Virus record (IMG/VR): IMGVR_UViG_3300017766_002511
Coordinates: 1-28,470 of that record
Direction: 5' to 3' (one strand)
From: a virus
Lineage: Duplodnaviria; Caudoviricetes
DNA: 28,470 bases
Part shown: in pieces, positions 16,365 through 25,416 of the stretch
Numbering within the stretch: the first letter of the stretch is position 1
Layout of the letters: every line of letters starts with the position of its first letter
Program-made: the position numbers and the translations under genes
The notes under the pieces: model-generated
What the model saw: the letters and a program-made list of their open reading frames with translations, nothing else
Told to the model about the DNA's origin: nothing
Databases searched by the model: none

Positions 16365-19300
16365 GTGGCAGCACAGAACTTTGATCGGCCTGAGTATCGT
16401 GAAGTCCGGCAGAAGGATCTGTCGGGCGGCGTCAATGACTATCTGAACGAAAACGTAATCAAAGACACGGAGACGCCTAATGCGCTCAACGTGGACTTTG
16501 ACCGAGCTTCAGTAGACACCGCGCAAGGGTCCATCAAGTTCAACAACCAAACTGCGCCTTCCGCTGCAATTCGCACGAAGAGCCTAAGGGGCAAGCAGCC
16601 GTTGGCTGTGCTGTCTGCTCCACTGCAAAAGCATACAAGCGGTGTATTGGACACTAGGAATATCGACGTTCCAATGCGTGGCTATGGCTATTTGCCATAT
16701 GCGCAAGAAACAGACATTGGTGGAGATTTTGTCGAAAACAGAACTGGAGCATCTCTCACTGATCCTATTGCCCTTCAGTATCACTTTTATGCTCGACGCG
16801 GCCCTAGCTTTGAATTCAATGTTAGCTTCCGCATTCCTGATCACGAAAAACTGTTTGATCAAGAAGTTAAAGGCGTAAACGCGCCGGCTGTTCCGTCGAT
16901 TGCTAGTAGTCTGATGGTCCCGCCAAACGGGTTCGATGAAGCGCTCGACGAAACCTTTATCGTTCTCCAGAAGGGGGGTGATCGTCTTGCTCCGATGTCT
17001 TGGGCTTTAGGCATTACCAACATCGGCAATGGCTATGGACTTAAGCTAGCTCAACAGCCACGCCCCACAAACTACGCTCTGGTATTCATGTGGTACGACA
17101 ACGCCCAGTGGGGCTGCGTCGATCCACAGAGGGTCAAGTACAACCTCACCTCTGGTCAAAGCAACACTGGCGCTGCCACGCAGAACGCCACGATGGCGTA
17201 TCGAGCGGTCGTCATTCACCGCTACGTTGAGCCTGGCAAGAGCTATCACGTTGCAGTTCAGTTGTCGCGTGACAGTGGAACGCCAGCAGACTGGGACGGC
17301 GCAACGCATACCGCCGGCGCTTGGAACGCAGACGGCAAGTTTGCTGTCCATGTGACGGATGACTACGGCAACTTCACGAGCCACACGTACACGGATGCAG
17401 CCTTACCGTCACAGGTTGGTCTTGAGGTTTGCCGTGGGCCGCTGGACTCGCTGTCGTACTTGTGCCGCTACGGCATCCGCTTCAGTGGTCGCGACGCAAT
17501 GTTCCTTGGTTTGGGCATGCGGTTCACGCCGTGGGACCACGCCGGCTTCATTCCGTTTGGCCACGACTCCGCCTGCATGCGAAGCGGCGGTATGGCTTTG
17601 ACGGACCGTAGCGATTTTGATCCAGATAGCTATTGGGGATCTACAGCTCCTCATGGAATCCAAGCAGGTCATACATCAGGAGACTCGTACCTGACTCTTG
17701 GTCAAGCAAACATGCTTACCAACAACGTCGTTGGATCAAGAGATCCAATGGCTGGAGCAAGCACAGGGGCGGCATTCAACGAATATGCTGCTTGGACTGG
17801 AATCCAATACAACTTTAATGCTCTTCGTGGGTATCGGCTTGTAGCTTGCACTAATACGGTTAGCTATAGAGGTGCTCGTCTAACGCTTCTAGATCGCGAT
17901 GCCTCGGTTTCAACTAGAATCAACTTCCTTGATGGCAGCGCATCAAGCAAATTTGGCACTTGGTCAGCCATTAATACTAATTGGCTTGTTCAGTGTTTCC
18001 GCTGGAACCAGCGTGATCTAGATATCGGCAATGTGCGCATCTATAGTACGCTGCGCGACTACACCAGCATTACGCTCCTCAACGAGATTGGCGTATACAC
18101 AGACGTTGTAACACGCACGCGACGGAGTCTTGGCATGAGCCTAGATCTTCGCGACGATCTCGAGCCGAACGTTGCAAACTTGATTGCCTATTGGCCGTGT
18201 GACGACTCAGGCGGCGCGGTGCTGCACGAGAAAGTCATTGGCGGGTTGCGGCACGGATTCCTGTGCCCGATGCAAAACGCTATCGCCCCGTCTGGCCAGC
18301 GTGGATCAAACATGCTGTTCATGTCCGGCGAGGGCGAAGCAATGGTGCTCGACCTGTCGGAGAACGAGACGTTCAAAACTCAGATCCGGCGCATGCTAAC
18401 GCAGCCTGATCAAGGGTTTGGCTTTGAGATTAGCTTTGTTGAAACAGAAGCGTTCTATGGTGTCTTCTCTCGTGAGCTAGGTGTACAGTTTTCCGATGAT
18501 CCGACGAACGCTGCCGCTTGGTTTATGCGTTCTGCTGGCACACCTGATTTAGTGCAATGGGATATCAAGGATAGCGATACAGGACGTACATCTCGGCCTC
18601 GTCCACTGTTAACGTTAAGTCACCGTGCTATGTTGCCAGAGAACAGCAACACGCCATGTGAGTTTGCTCAAGCGTTTGGTGTTGAGGTTGCGTCATATTC
18701 TGACAACCAAGATATTGACCCGTCGCAGCCACACGCGCTCTCTCCTTGGTATCTGCCGTTCAGCGTGGGAAACTTGGCAATGACCAACCGCTACGACAAG
18801 TACGCTGGTTGGGTTGGCAAGCGCATCACGATCCAGGTTGGCATTCAGAACTACAATGCGACAGCGGATACGTACGATGTGTACATCGCGCTGTTGCCTA
18901 AGTCGACGATCAAACCGGTCTCAGGTGACCCTGACGATGTTGAGTTCTCGTACTGGACCGACACGGAAGCCAACAGTTCTGGTGGCACTTACAACGTGGA
19001 GTTCTTTGATGGTCCGCAGATGCGGATCTCAAGGAAAGATATTGAGCGCACAGTCTTGACCGTTGGTGGTCGATGGGATTGCAAGCCCAAGCCTAGCGCA
19101 ACCAAAGCATTAGGCATTCACGAAATCAGCGCTCGTTTGCTCGTAGATGAAGTTCGCTGGTTCGCTACGACTCCTGCTGGCGCATTGTCATCTGTTACCG
19201 GCCAAACAATCACGGCTCGCAATGGAAAGCTCCAAGGGGTCAACTGCCTGCCACAGCGGTTGCTTACCGATGAGGATCTGCGCGGCTCGTTAGGGTCCGG

Positions 19301-22300
19301 CGCTTCTACCGTCACGGTCACGCAAGGAAGTCGACTTGTCAATGTGACGTCCAGCTCTGTGGCCAATGGCTCGACTGCAGCGTCTAGCCAGCAAAGCGTG
19401 CTTGGCAGCTACCTGTACGTAGATGGCGACACCCGTCCTGTGAGCGTCGAAGAGACAATCGCAGAACCACTCAGCGACTTCTATTACATCGACGCGGTTA
19501 ACGCGAGCGGATCTGAACTGACAATCGCCACTGCTTACCGTGGAAGCGGTAAAGCACGCGCTGCTGCCGGCGCCTTCCGAGTTATTGGATACACCGCGTT
19601 TGAGGATGACATCCAAGACAGCCGTCTATACATCGGCAAGGGCAAGGGCTACGACCCGTCAGTTACGACCCTTGATGATGTTCAGCTAACGCAGGATCTG
19701 TGGGCTAACCGTGCAGTGGTTGGTGGGTATTGGAAGCTGCGCATCTACAGCCCGTTCTCGATTGTCTCCAGTGAAGACGTCGCTCCGTCGTGGGTGCGTG
19801 GCGTAGTCAACGAGCGGCGCTTTGTGGATGACGGCGTGCTGGGGCTGTATGGGTTCAACGAGCGCATCTACGCAGGTGTGCGCGGAAGCCTATATGAAGT
19901 TGATGATCGTTGGCGGCAGGATGGCCCGAGTGAAGAACTGAGCACGTGCTTGGAGTTCAAAGCCAAGGATCTGTATGGCCGAGCTAGGCAGCCGCTGCAA
20001 TCTGACCGCGTTGAGTTTGACCAAGTTCGGTCTGAGACGTTCCAAGTTTCTACGACCGATGCATACGCTACGGTCTGGGATTACTGGGCCAACCTCAACG
20101 GCATCAACGAATACCAAGGTGTCATGTGGTGCGGCCACAAGTCGTACCCCTTGGACAGTGGCGCATGGCGCAGCGTAGTTAGCTCAACGGCTGCTGCGAC
20201 CACATACGGACCCACGACTGTTCAAGACACAACTCCATGGTCGCTTGCAGGCGTGTCGCCAGGCATGTGGGTCCAGGCAGGAACCGTCTACGGTCAGGTT
20301 GTTTCAACCTCTGGATCGACGATCACTGTCTCTGGCTGGGTCAGCGTACCGCAGATTACTAGCACTACGGTGTCAAGCAATCTTGGTCAAGCTGTTACTC
20401 CGACTGCGGGAACTCAAGCTGTGGTGTTTGTGCCAGGGCACAAGACTCAGTTCCAAGTACGTTACAACCAAGGTCTGCCGCAGATTGCGTTTGGCAGTAC
20501 TGGACAGGTCAGTGCGGGAGTGCGCCCTGAAAAAGGTCTATTCGTTGCAACCGCAGACATCGTTGTGTCTACGGACGAATGGCACCACGTGCGCTGGGTA
20601 GCTCCGACAATCACAAGCGGTAGTCAGTATCTGAAAGTGCCGCTGTGCTATGTCAACGGCAAGAAGGTTCCAGTCCGTGTCAACGCATCGGAGTTAAGTG
20701 CGCCGGCAGGTGCATGGATCAGTACAGCGAACCTTGTCTCGCTTGCCGGTAACTCGGCTCAGAACTCGACGATGGCGATTGGCGCTCTTCGCGACTCGTA
20801 CTCGGTAGCCGATCCATCGCAATCGAGCTTCTCTTCTAGCCTGAAGGTTGTTCAGCCGGCACGCTACACAGGTTGGGTTCACAGCCTAGATGGAACGCTT
20901 GGCCGTTCGACTATCTACCGCAAGCCGTGGACTGGAACGGACTACTCGAACTTCGATCCGTACAGCGTCACATACCAAGACCCTGGCAGCTCAACTTCGT
21001 TCTTGATCTTCGACATTGATCAAGGCGTCGGACATAAGGTCCGTAACGAAGCAGCTCAAAGCTACGGCATCATCTATAGCCATCCGTTCATCTCGCTGAC
21101 ACATTCGACTGGCGACTACTCCAACCAGTGGACGTTCGCTGAAAACGGATCCCAAGTCTACGCCACTAACGGCGGTCGTCCTGTTGTCGTCATCGACACC
21201 GACAAGAAGAAGACGCCATATGCTCTTGAGTCTGGAGTCCCTGCTCCTAACGTAGAGCTGGACTTTACGACAACACGCTTCCCGCTGTTTGCATACAGCA
21301 GCCAAACGCCGACAGAACAGAAGGATCCTCTGCCTGCCGGCAAGGACGTGTTCATCGTCAACAACATCGGCAACTCGTATCTAGAGCAAAACCTAGGTAC
21401 AGCGATGACGTGGTCGTCCGGCTCGTTCTTCTACTTCAAAGCGCTGTGGACGCCCAAGGAGACGTCTGGCCGCATCAACCTGCTCCGGCGTGGTAGCGAT
21501 GCCAACAACGGAGGACCGTTCATCGAGTGCGTCGATGGCAAGCTGCGCTACGGTTGGTACGACCTAGCCCAGAAAGATGAGGTCTACATCGAGACCTCGG
21601 ATGCGGTCGTCACGCCTGGTCGCCTGCACTACATCCACATTCGCCACCGCTATCCAGAGAAGGATGTAATGTGGGGCAACTGGCGCAATGCATACTTTGC
21701 CAATGGCCACTACCGTAGGTTCACTGGGGCCGCTGGTATTGGCGCTGCGGCTGTTGCTGTTGGCGATACCTTATATGGATGGAATGGCGCAAACCAAGGC
21801 CAGTACCGCGTTGTCAAGATTAGCGGATCTACGGCTGCTGGCGGATTCTTGGTGATTGAAGCCGTACGCATCAACATCACAGAGCCTAACCTCCTTACCT
21901 CGGCAGGTTCGCAACTAAGGACAGCAGCCGGTGGTGGTGGAAGTTTGGTGATGGAGCATATGGTAGCTCGGCCATTCACCTCTGTGCGGCCCATGCCCGA
22001 CATGTTTGTCGTGCAATCGTTCAGCAATACACGGGCAAGCACAACGAACCCGTACCCGCGTGATCCGCTAGAAGTCACGCACGCCGATAACTACCAGTGG
22101 AACCAAACCGTCTACGGTGCTCGCACCGCAACTACGGATGCTGAAGAACGCACCTACCTTTCGTTGACAACAAACGATGGGTTGACTCAGCGCCCTGCAG
22201 CAGTTGCTGTCAATGGATCGACATTCAAAGCAACTGGGCTTATTAGCGTGCCTTGGCTGTCATACACTGCAGTTACAGGAACAAACGAGATTAAGGTGTC

Positions 22301-24632
22301 TGCATCCATTACAGCGATCCAAGAGTTTGGATGCTTCAATTGGTTACAGGCAGTGGGCTGCGTATTTGAGTTCTTAAATGACGCGTCTACGACACCAGCA
22401 TTGCGCGGCAAGCAGTACATCATCATTGAGGTTAAGGACAGCGGATCGGCTGCGACAGAAAGACTTAAGCAGATTAAGGTTGTCAACCTAGATGGAACCA
22501 CACCAACGTTTGCCGCTGGCGGCGGCTACGGCGGTGTATTCGCGGGGCGAGCGCTGGTCAAGAGTTCTGGCTTTGACACCAGCGATGGTCCAGACATCAC
22601 GCAAACTAAGATTGAGTTGTTTGGCAACAGCGAACAGACAACCTTCCAGCCATTCAATGGAAAGGTGCATTCGTTCGGGTACGGAGTTGATGCTGTAGCT
22701 TCGGCTACCGATCTAGCTCAAACGTTTGAAACGTTCGATACATCGCTAGATGCTGTCTACGCAACACGTGCATCTAATGACGGCATGTTCACGGGTATGG
22801 ACAGATTCCAAAGCCCGTACAACTTCAATAATGCCGGCATCGTTGGAACCTTGCAGTACGAGGCCAGCGCCCAGTACATCCAAGTCAACGGAGCTACATG
22901 GCTTACTCCGACAACGTTTGTCACAATCCAGCCGAACACACAGCTTGAGGTCAACAACACATCGACTGTGACCAGCACAGGCGGCATTGAGTCCAAGTGC
23001 ACGTGGCGCTACTTGCAGTCAGCGCAGAAGTGGCTCGGCAAGCGCTTCGTTGCGGTTGGCTTCTATGATCCCGTTCAAGGCATTGCTGGTAACCCTGGCC
23101 CCGTGCTTGAGGTTAGCCCTGCTGGTAATGACGTAGCCAATGATGCTGGTCCCGTTGCAATCAACCTGACCAACATCCCTACTGGCCCTGATGGCTGCGA
23201 AGTGTGGATCTATGCATCAGTCGCAGACGGCAACGCAGCGACCATGTATCGTGTGGCACGGTTGGTCAATGGAACGGCTACCTACCAAGTGTCGTTCCCT
23301 GAAGACCAGATTGTGTCTGGTCCGCCGGCTGAGTTCGTAAACGACCGTCCGCCTCGCTGTGAGATCGTTGCTTCGTCCAAGGGGTCAATGATCTATGCAG
23401 CGCTGCAAAGCCAGCCAGATGGCGTTGCGCCGTCACGGCCTGTGTCGCCTGGGCAGGTTGACTTCAGCAAGTTCTTCCGCATTCAGGGCGGCAGCGGAGA
23501 CAAGATCACCGGCGCCATTGAATTCGATGGACTGCTGGTAGTTGCAAAGCGCCGGCTGATTGCCAGCGTGGAGTTCGTTGGTGGCAACTTTGCGGTACCG
23601 CAAATCGTTTCCTCTGGCGTCGGCTGTGTCTCGCACAACACCTTGGTTGCAAAAGACAACACGTTGCTGTTCCTTTCTGACCGTGGCCTGCAGGCGACTA
23701 TGCGCCGAGGTGTAACGAACCTCAATAGCCCTGAGTACATCGGCGACAACATCAGTACCTTTGTGCAGTTCTCTGTGGACCGCCGGTACATGGACACTGC
23801 GTACGCCACGATGAATCGCAAGCGCAGCCAGTACACCTGCGTTGTGCGCACCATTGATGAGGATAAGCAGAACTATCGGTTCACCTGCGATCTCACGCAG
23901 GAAGGGCCGGTGTACAGCCTGTACCGTTTGCCGAACCTGACGTCTGTTGCTTCGGTCAGGAGCAAGGATGGCCAAGACGAAGTTCTGGTTGGAGGCACAG
24001 AAGAAGGCTTTGTCGTTTGGCTTGATAGAGCAGACACGACTGCCGGATTGATGGGACAGGACATCGTTGTTTTTGGTCAACCGACATTGACCAACTTCAA
24101 TCCCAGTACTGCATCAGCGATGTCACTAAACCCTGGTGCTTACTCAAACCAGACCGACTACGCTCTTGAGGGCATGCGTGGCGTAATGGCCACATACCTT
24201 GATGTGGAGGGCGTGCTACGCGAAGCGGTTGTCCTAAACTCATCTTACTACTGGATTCACTTTGAGCATGCGCTTGAGACTGCAATCCCCAACAACGCTA
24301 CGGTCGCATTCGGCGTGCAAAAGGTGCACTACGAAACGCCGTGGATGGACATGGGCAATGCCGAGCGGCGCAAGCTCCTGTGCTACCTGAACCTTGTGTT
24401 TGGCCGTGAACAGGCCGGCGAGGTTGTGGTGCGCGTGTACACAGATTGGGACTCCACAAACGTCAAGGCTGAATCGACACTTGACCTGACAAACGCAGAG
24501 CAAGAAGTTAGCCTAGGGGCAGTGGAGGGCAACTGGTTCAAGATGACGCTGGACTCAGTAGACGTAAGCCCAGGCTTGCGGTTCACGTTGTCTAGCATCG
24601 TGTGGCGTCTGGACGATACGGATCAGGTGTAA
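16365..24632 (+). CDS. Giant tail nozzle (tail tubular protein B / P22 gp10-like) with inserted LamG/ConA-like and other beta modules
   Basis: Nozzle N-terminus DLSGGVND...PNALNVDF; C-terminus GDKITG..FDGLLVVAK, GVGCVSHNT, LLFLSDRG, YETPWMDMG...RK. Internal LamG-like motifs GKSYHVAV, LIAYWPCDD, DEWHHV. Confidence 0.8.
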   Translation: MAAQNFDRPEYREVRQKDLSGGVNDYLNENVIKDTETPNALNVDFDRASVDTAQGSIKFNNQTAPSAAIRTKSLRGKQPLAVLSAPLQKHTSGVLDTRNIDVPMRGYGYLPYAQETDIGGDFVENRTGASLTDPIALQYHFYARRGPSFEFNVSFRIPDHEKLFDQEVKGVNAPAVPSIASSLMVPPNGFDEALDETFIVLQKGGDRLAPMSWALGITNIGNGYGLKLAQQPRPTNYALVFMWYDNAQWGCVDPQRVKYNLTSGQSNTGAATQNATMAYRAVVIHRYVEPGKSYHVAVQLSRDSGTPADWDGATHTAGAWNADGKFAVHVTDDYGNFTSHTYTDAALPSQVGLEVCRGPLDSLSYLCRYGIRFSGRDAMFLGLGMRFTPWDHAGFIPFGHDSACMRSGGMALTDRSDFDPDSYWGSTAPHGIQAGHTSGDSYLTLGQANMLTNNVVGSRDPMAGASTGAAFNEYAAWTGIQYNFNALRGYRLVACTNTVSYRGARLTLLDRDASVSTRINFLDGSASSKFGTWSAINTNWLVQCFRWNQRDLDIGNVRIYSTLRDYTSITLLNEIGVYTDVVTRTRRSLGMSLDLRDDLEPNVANLIAYWPCDDSGGAVLHEKVIGGLRHGFLCPMQNAIAPSGQRGSNMLFMSGEGEAMVLDLSENETFKTQIRRMLTQPDQGFGFEISFVETEAFYGVFSRELGVQFSDDPTNAAAWFMRSAGTPDLVQWDIKDSDTGRTSRPRPLLTLSHRAMLPENSNTPCEFAQAFGVEVASYSDNQDIDPSQPHALSPWYLPFSVGNLAMTNRYDKYAGWVGKRITIQVGIQNYNATADTYDVYIALLPKSTIKPVSGDPDDVEFSYWTDTEANSSGGTYNVEFFDGPQMRISRKDIERTVLTVGGRWDCKPKPSATKALGIHEISARLLVDEVRWFATTPAGALSSVTGQTITARNGKLQGVNCLPQRLLTDEDLRGSLGSGASTVTVTQGSRLVNVTSSSVANGSTAASSQQSVLGSYLYVDGDTRPVSVEETIAEPLSDFYYIDAVNASGSELTIATAYRGSGKARAAAGAFRVIGYTAFEDDIQDSRLYIGKGKGYDPSVTTLDDVQLTQDLWANRAVVGGYWKLRIYSPFSIVSSEDVAPSWVRGVVNERRFVDDGVLGLYGFNERIYAGVRGSLYEVDDRWRQDGPSEELSTCLEFKAKDLYGRARQPLQSDRVEFDQVRSETFQVSTTDAYATVWDYWANLNGINEYQGVMWCGHKSYPLDSGAWRSVVSSTAAATTYGPTTVQDTTPWSLAGVSPGMWVQAGTVYGQVVSTSGSTITVSGWVSVPQITSTTVSSNLGQAVTPTAGTQAVVFVPGHKTQFQVRYNQGLPQIAFGSTGQVSAGVRPEKGLFVATADIVVSTDEWHHVRWVAPTITSGSQYLKVPLCYVNGKKVPVRVNASELSAPAGAWISTANLVSLAGNSAQNSTMAIGALRDSYSVADPSQSSFSSSLKVVQPARYTGWVHSLDGTLGRSTIYRKPWTGTDYSNFDPYSVTYQDPGSSTSFLIFDIDQGVGHKVRNEAAQSYGIIYSHPFISLTHSTGDYSNQWTFAENGSQVYATNGGRPVVVIDTDKKKTPYALESGVPAPNVELDFTTTRFPLFAYSSQTPTEQKDPLPAGKDVFIVNNIGNSYLEQNLGTAMTWSSGSFFYFKALWTPKETSGRINLLRRGSDANNGGPFIECVDGKLRYGWYDLAQKDEVYIETSDAVVTPGRLHYIHIRHRYPEKDVMWGNWRNAYFANGHYRRFTGAAGIGAAAVAVGDTLYGWNGANQGQYRVVKISGSTAAGGFLVIEAVRINITEPNLLTSAGSQLRTAAGGGGSLVMEHMVARPFTSVRPMPDMFVVQSFSNTRASTTNPYPRDPLEVTHADNYQWNQTVYGARTATTDAEERTYLSLTTNDGLTQRPAAVAVNGSTFKATGLISVPWLSYTAVTGTNEIKVSASITAIQEFGCFNWLQAVGCVFEFLNDASTTPALRGKQYIIIEVKDSGSAATERLKQIKVVNLDGTTPTFAAGGGYGGVFAGRALVKSSGFDTSDGPDITQTKIELFGNSEQTTFQPFNGKVHSFGYGVDAVASATDLAQTFETFDTSLDAVYATRASNDGMFTGMDRFQSPYNFNNAGIVGTLQYEASAQYIQVNGATWLTPTTFVTIQPNTQLEVNNTSTVTSTGGIESKCTWRYLQSAQKWLGKRFVAVGFYDPVQGIAGNPGPVLEVSPAGNDVANDAGPVAINLTNIPTGPDGCEVWIYASVADGNAATMYRVARLVNGTATYQVSFPEDQIVSGPPAEFVNDRPPRCEIVASSKGSMIYAALQSQPDGVAPSRPVSPGQVDFSKFFRIQGGSGDKITGAIEFDGLLVVAKRRLIASVEFVGGNFAVPQIVSSGVGCVSHNTLVAKDNTLLFLSDRGLQATMRRGVTNLNSPEYIGDNISTFVQFSVDRRYMDTAYATMNRKRSQYTCVVRTIDEDKQNYRFTCDLTQEGPVYSLYRLPNLTSVASVRSKDGQDEVLVGGTEEGFVVWLDRADTTAGLMGQDIVVFGQPTLTNFNPSTASAMSLNPGAYSNQTDYALEGMRGVMATYLDVEGVLREAVVLNSSYYWIHFEHALETAIPNNATVAFGVQKVHYETPWMDMGNAERRKLLCYLNLVFGREQAGEVVVRVYTDWDSTNVKAESTLDLTNAEQEVSLGAVEGNWFKMTLDSVDVSPGLRFTLSSIVWRLDDTDQV

Positions 24633-24634
24633 CT

Positions 24635-25408
24635 ATGGACTTGTTCGGTCAACAGCAAAGCGGCGGATTCTCTCCCGAAGAGCTTAAGCAGCTTGAGCAG
24701 ATCCTTGGGGTTGCTCAAGGCGGCGACGTTCCCCAAGGCTTGGGCTTCCAATCTGGCTTTGGCGGCGGAAGCCTGCTGCAAGGCTTGATGCAGAAGATGA
24801 AGGGCAAGCAGGACAACTCCCTACTCAACCAAGCCAAAGCTAGTGCTGGTGAGCAGTACGGTTTTGACGTGGGTGCTGCTGGCATCTATGGCGTGCCGGA
24901 TGCGATGCCTAAGGGGCTGGCGCTTGGCAAGTACGGATTGCCGGCGGTGTATGGCTACATCACGCAGGGATCGCAGCAGGCTCAAGGTTCGTTGATGGAT
25001 GCATACCGTTCGGCGTATGCACAACGCGCTGCCGGCATCGCTGGTTCGTACGGCTTGCAGATGGACCAGCTCGCCTCCGACATGGCGGGACAGGGACTGA
25101 GCGCCGACCTCGTGCGTCGTATGCGTGCTGGGCAGCAAGGCGCCACGCTTCAGCAACTGGGTGAAGCCCAAGGCCAAGCAGCGAACGAGTACTACACGTC
25201 GTTGGCTCAATTGCAGAAGGGCACGGGCACCGAGCTTGCAGCCGCAAAGCAGGCAGAGATCGAGCAACTCTTGGCTCCGCACATTGCCAAGATCTCCGGC
25301 GATGCTGCTATCAAAGCAGGAAAGGCGCAGGGCAAAGGCTCCTTGCTTGGTGGCCTTGTCGGCGGAATTGGTCAAATCGCAGGTGCATCCATCCTCGCAG
25401 GAGTTTGA
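24635..25408 (+). CDS. DNA ejection/pilot protein (P22 gp7-like)
   Basis: Gly/Ala/Gln-rich helical protein with a hydrophobic Gly-rich tail GSLLGGLVGGIGQIAG, directly after the nozzle; ATG 24635. Confidence 0.65.
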   Translation: MDLFGQQQSGGFSPEELKQLEQILGVAQGGDVPQGLGFQSGFGGGSLLQGLMQKMKGKQDNSLLNQAKASAGEQYGFDVGAAGIYGVPDAMPKGLALGKYGLPAVYGYITQGSQQAQGSLMDAYRSAYAQRAAGIAGSYGLQMDQLASDMAGQGLSADLVRRMRAGQQGATLQQLGEAQGQAANEYYTSLAQLQKGTGTELAAAKQAEIEQLLAPHIAKISGDAAIKAGKAQGKGSLLGGLVGGIGQIAGASILAGV

Positions 25409-25416
25409 GGTAACCA

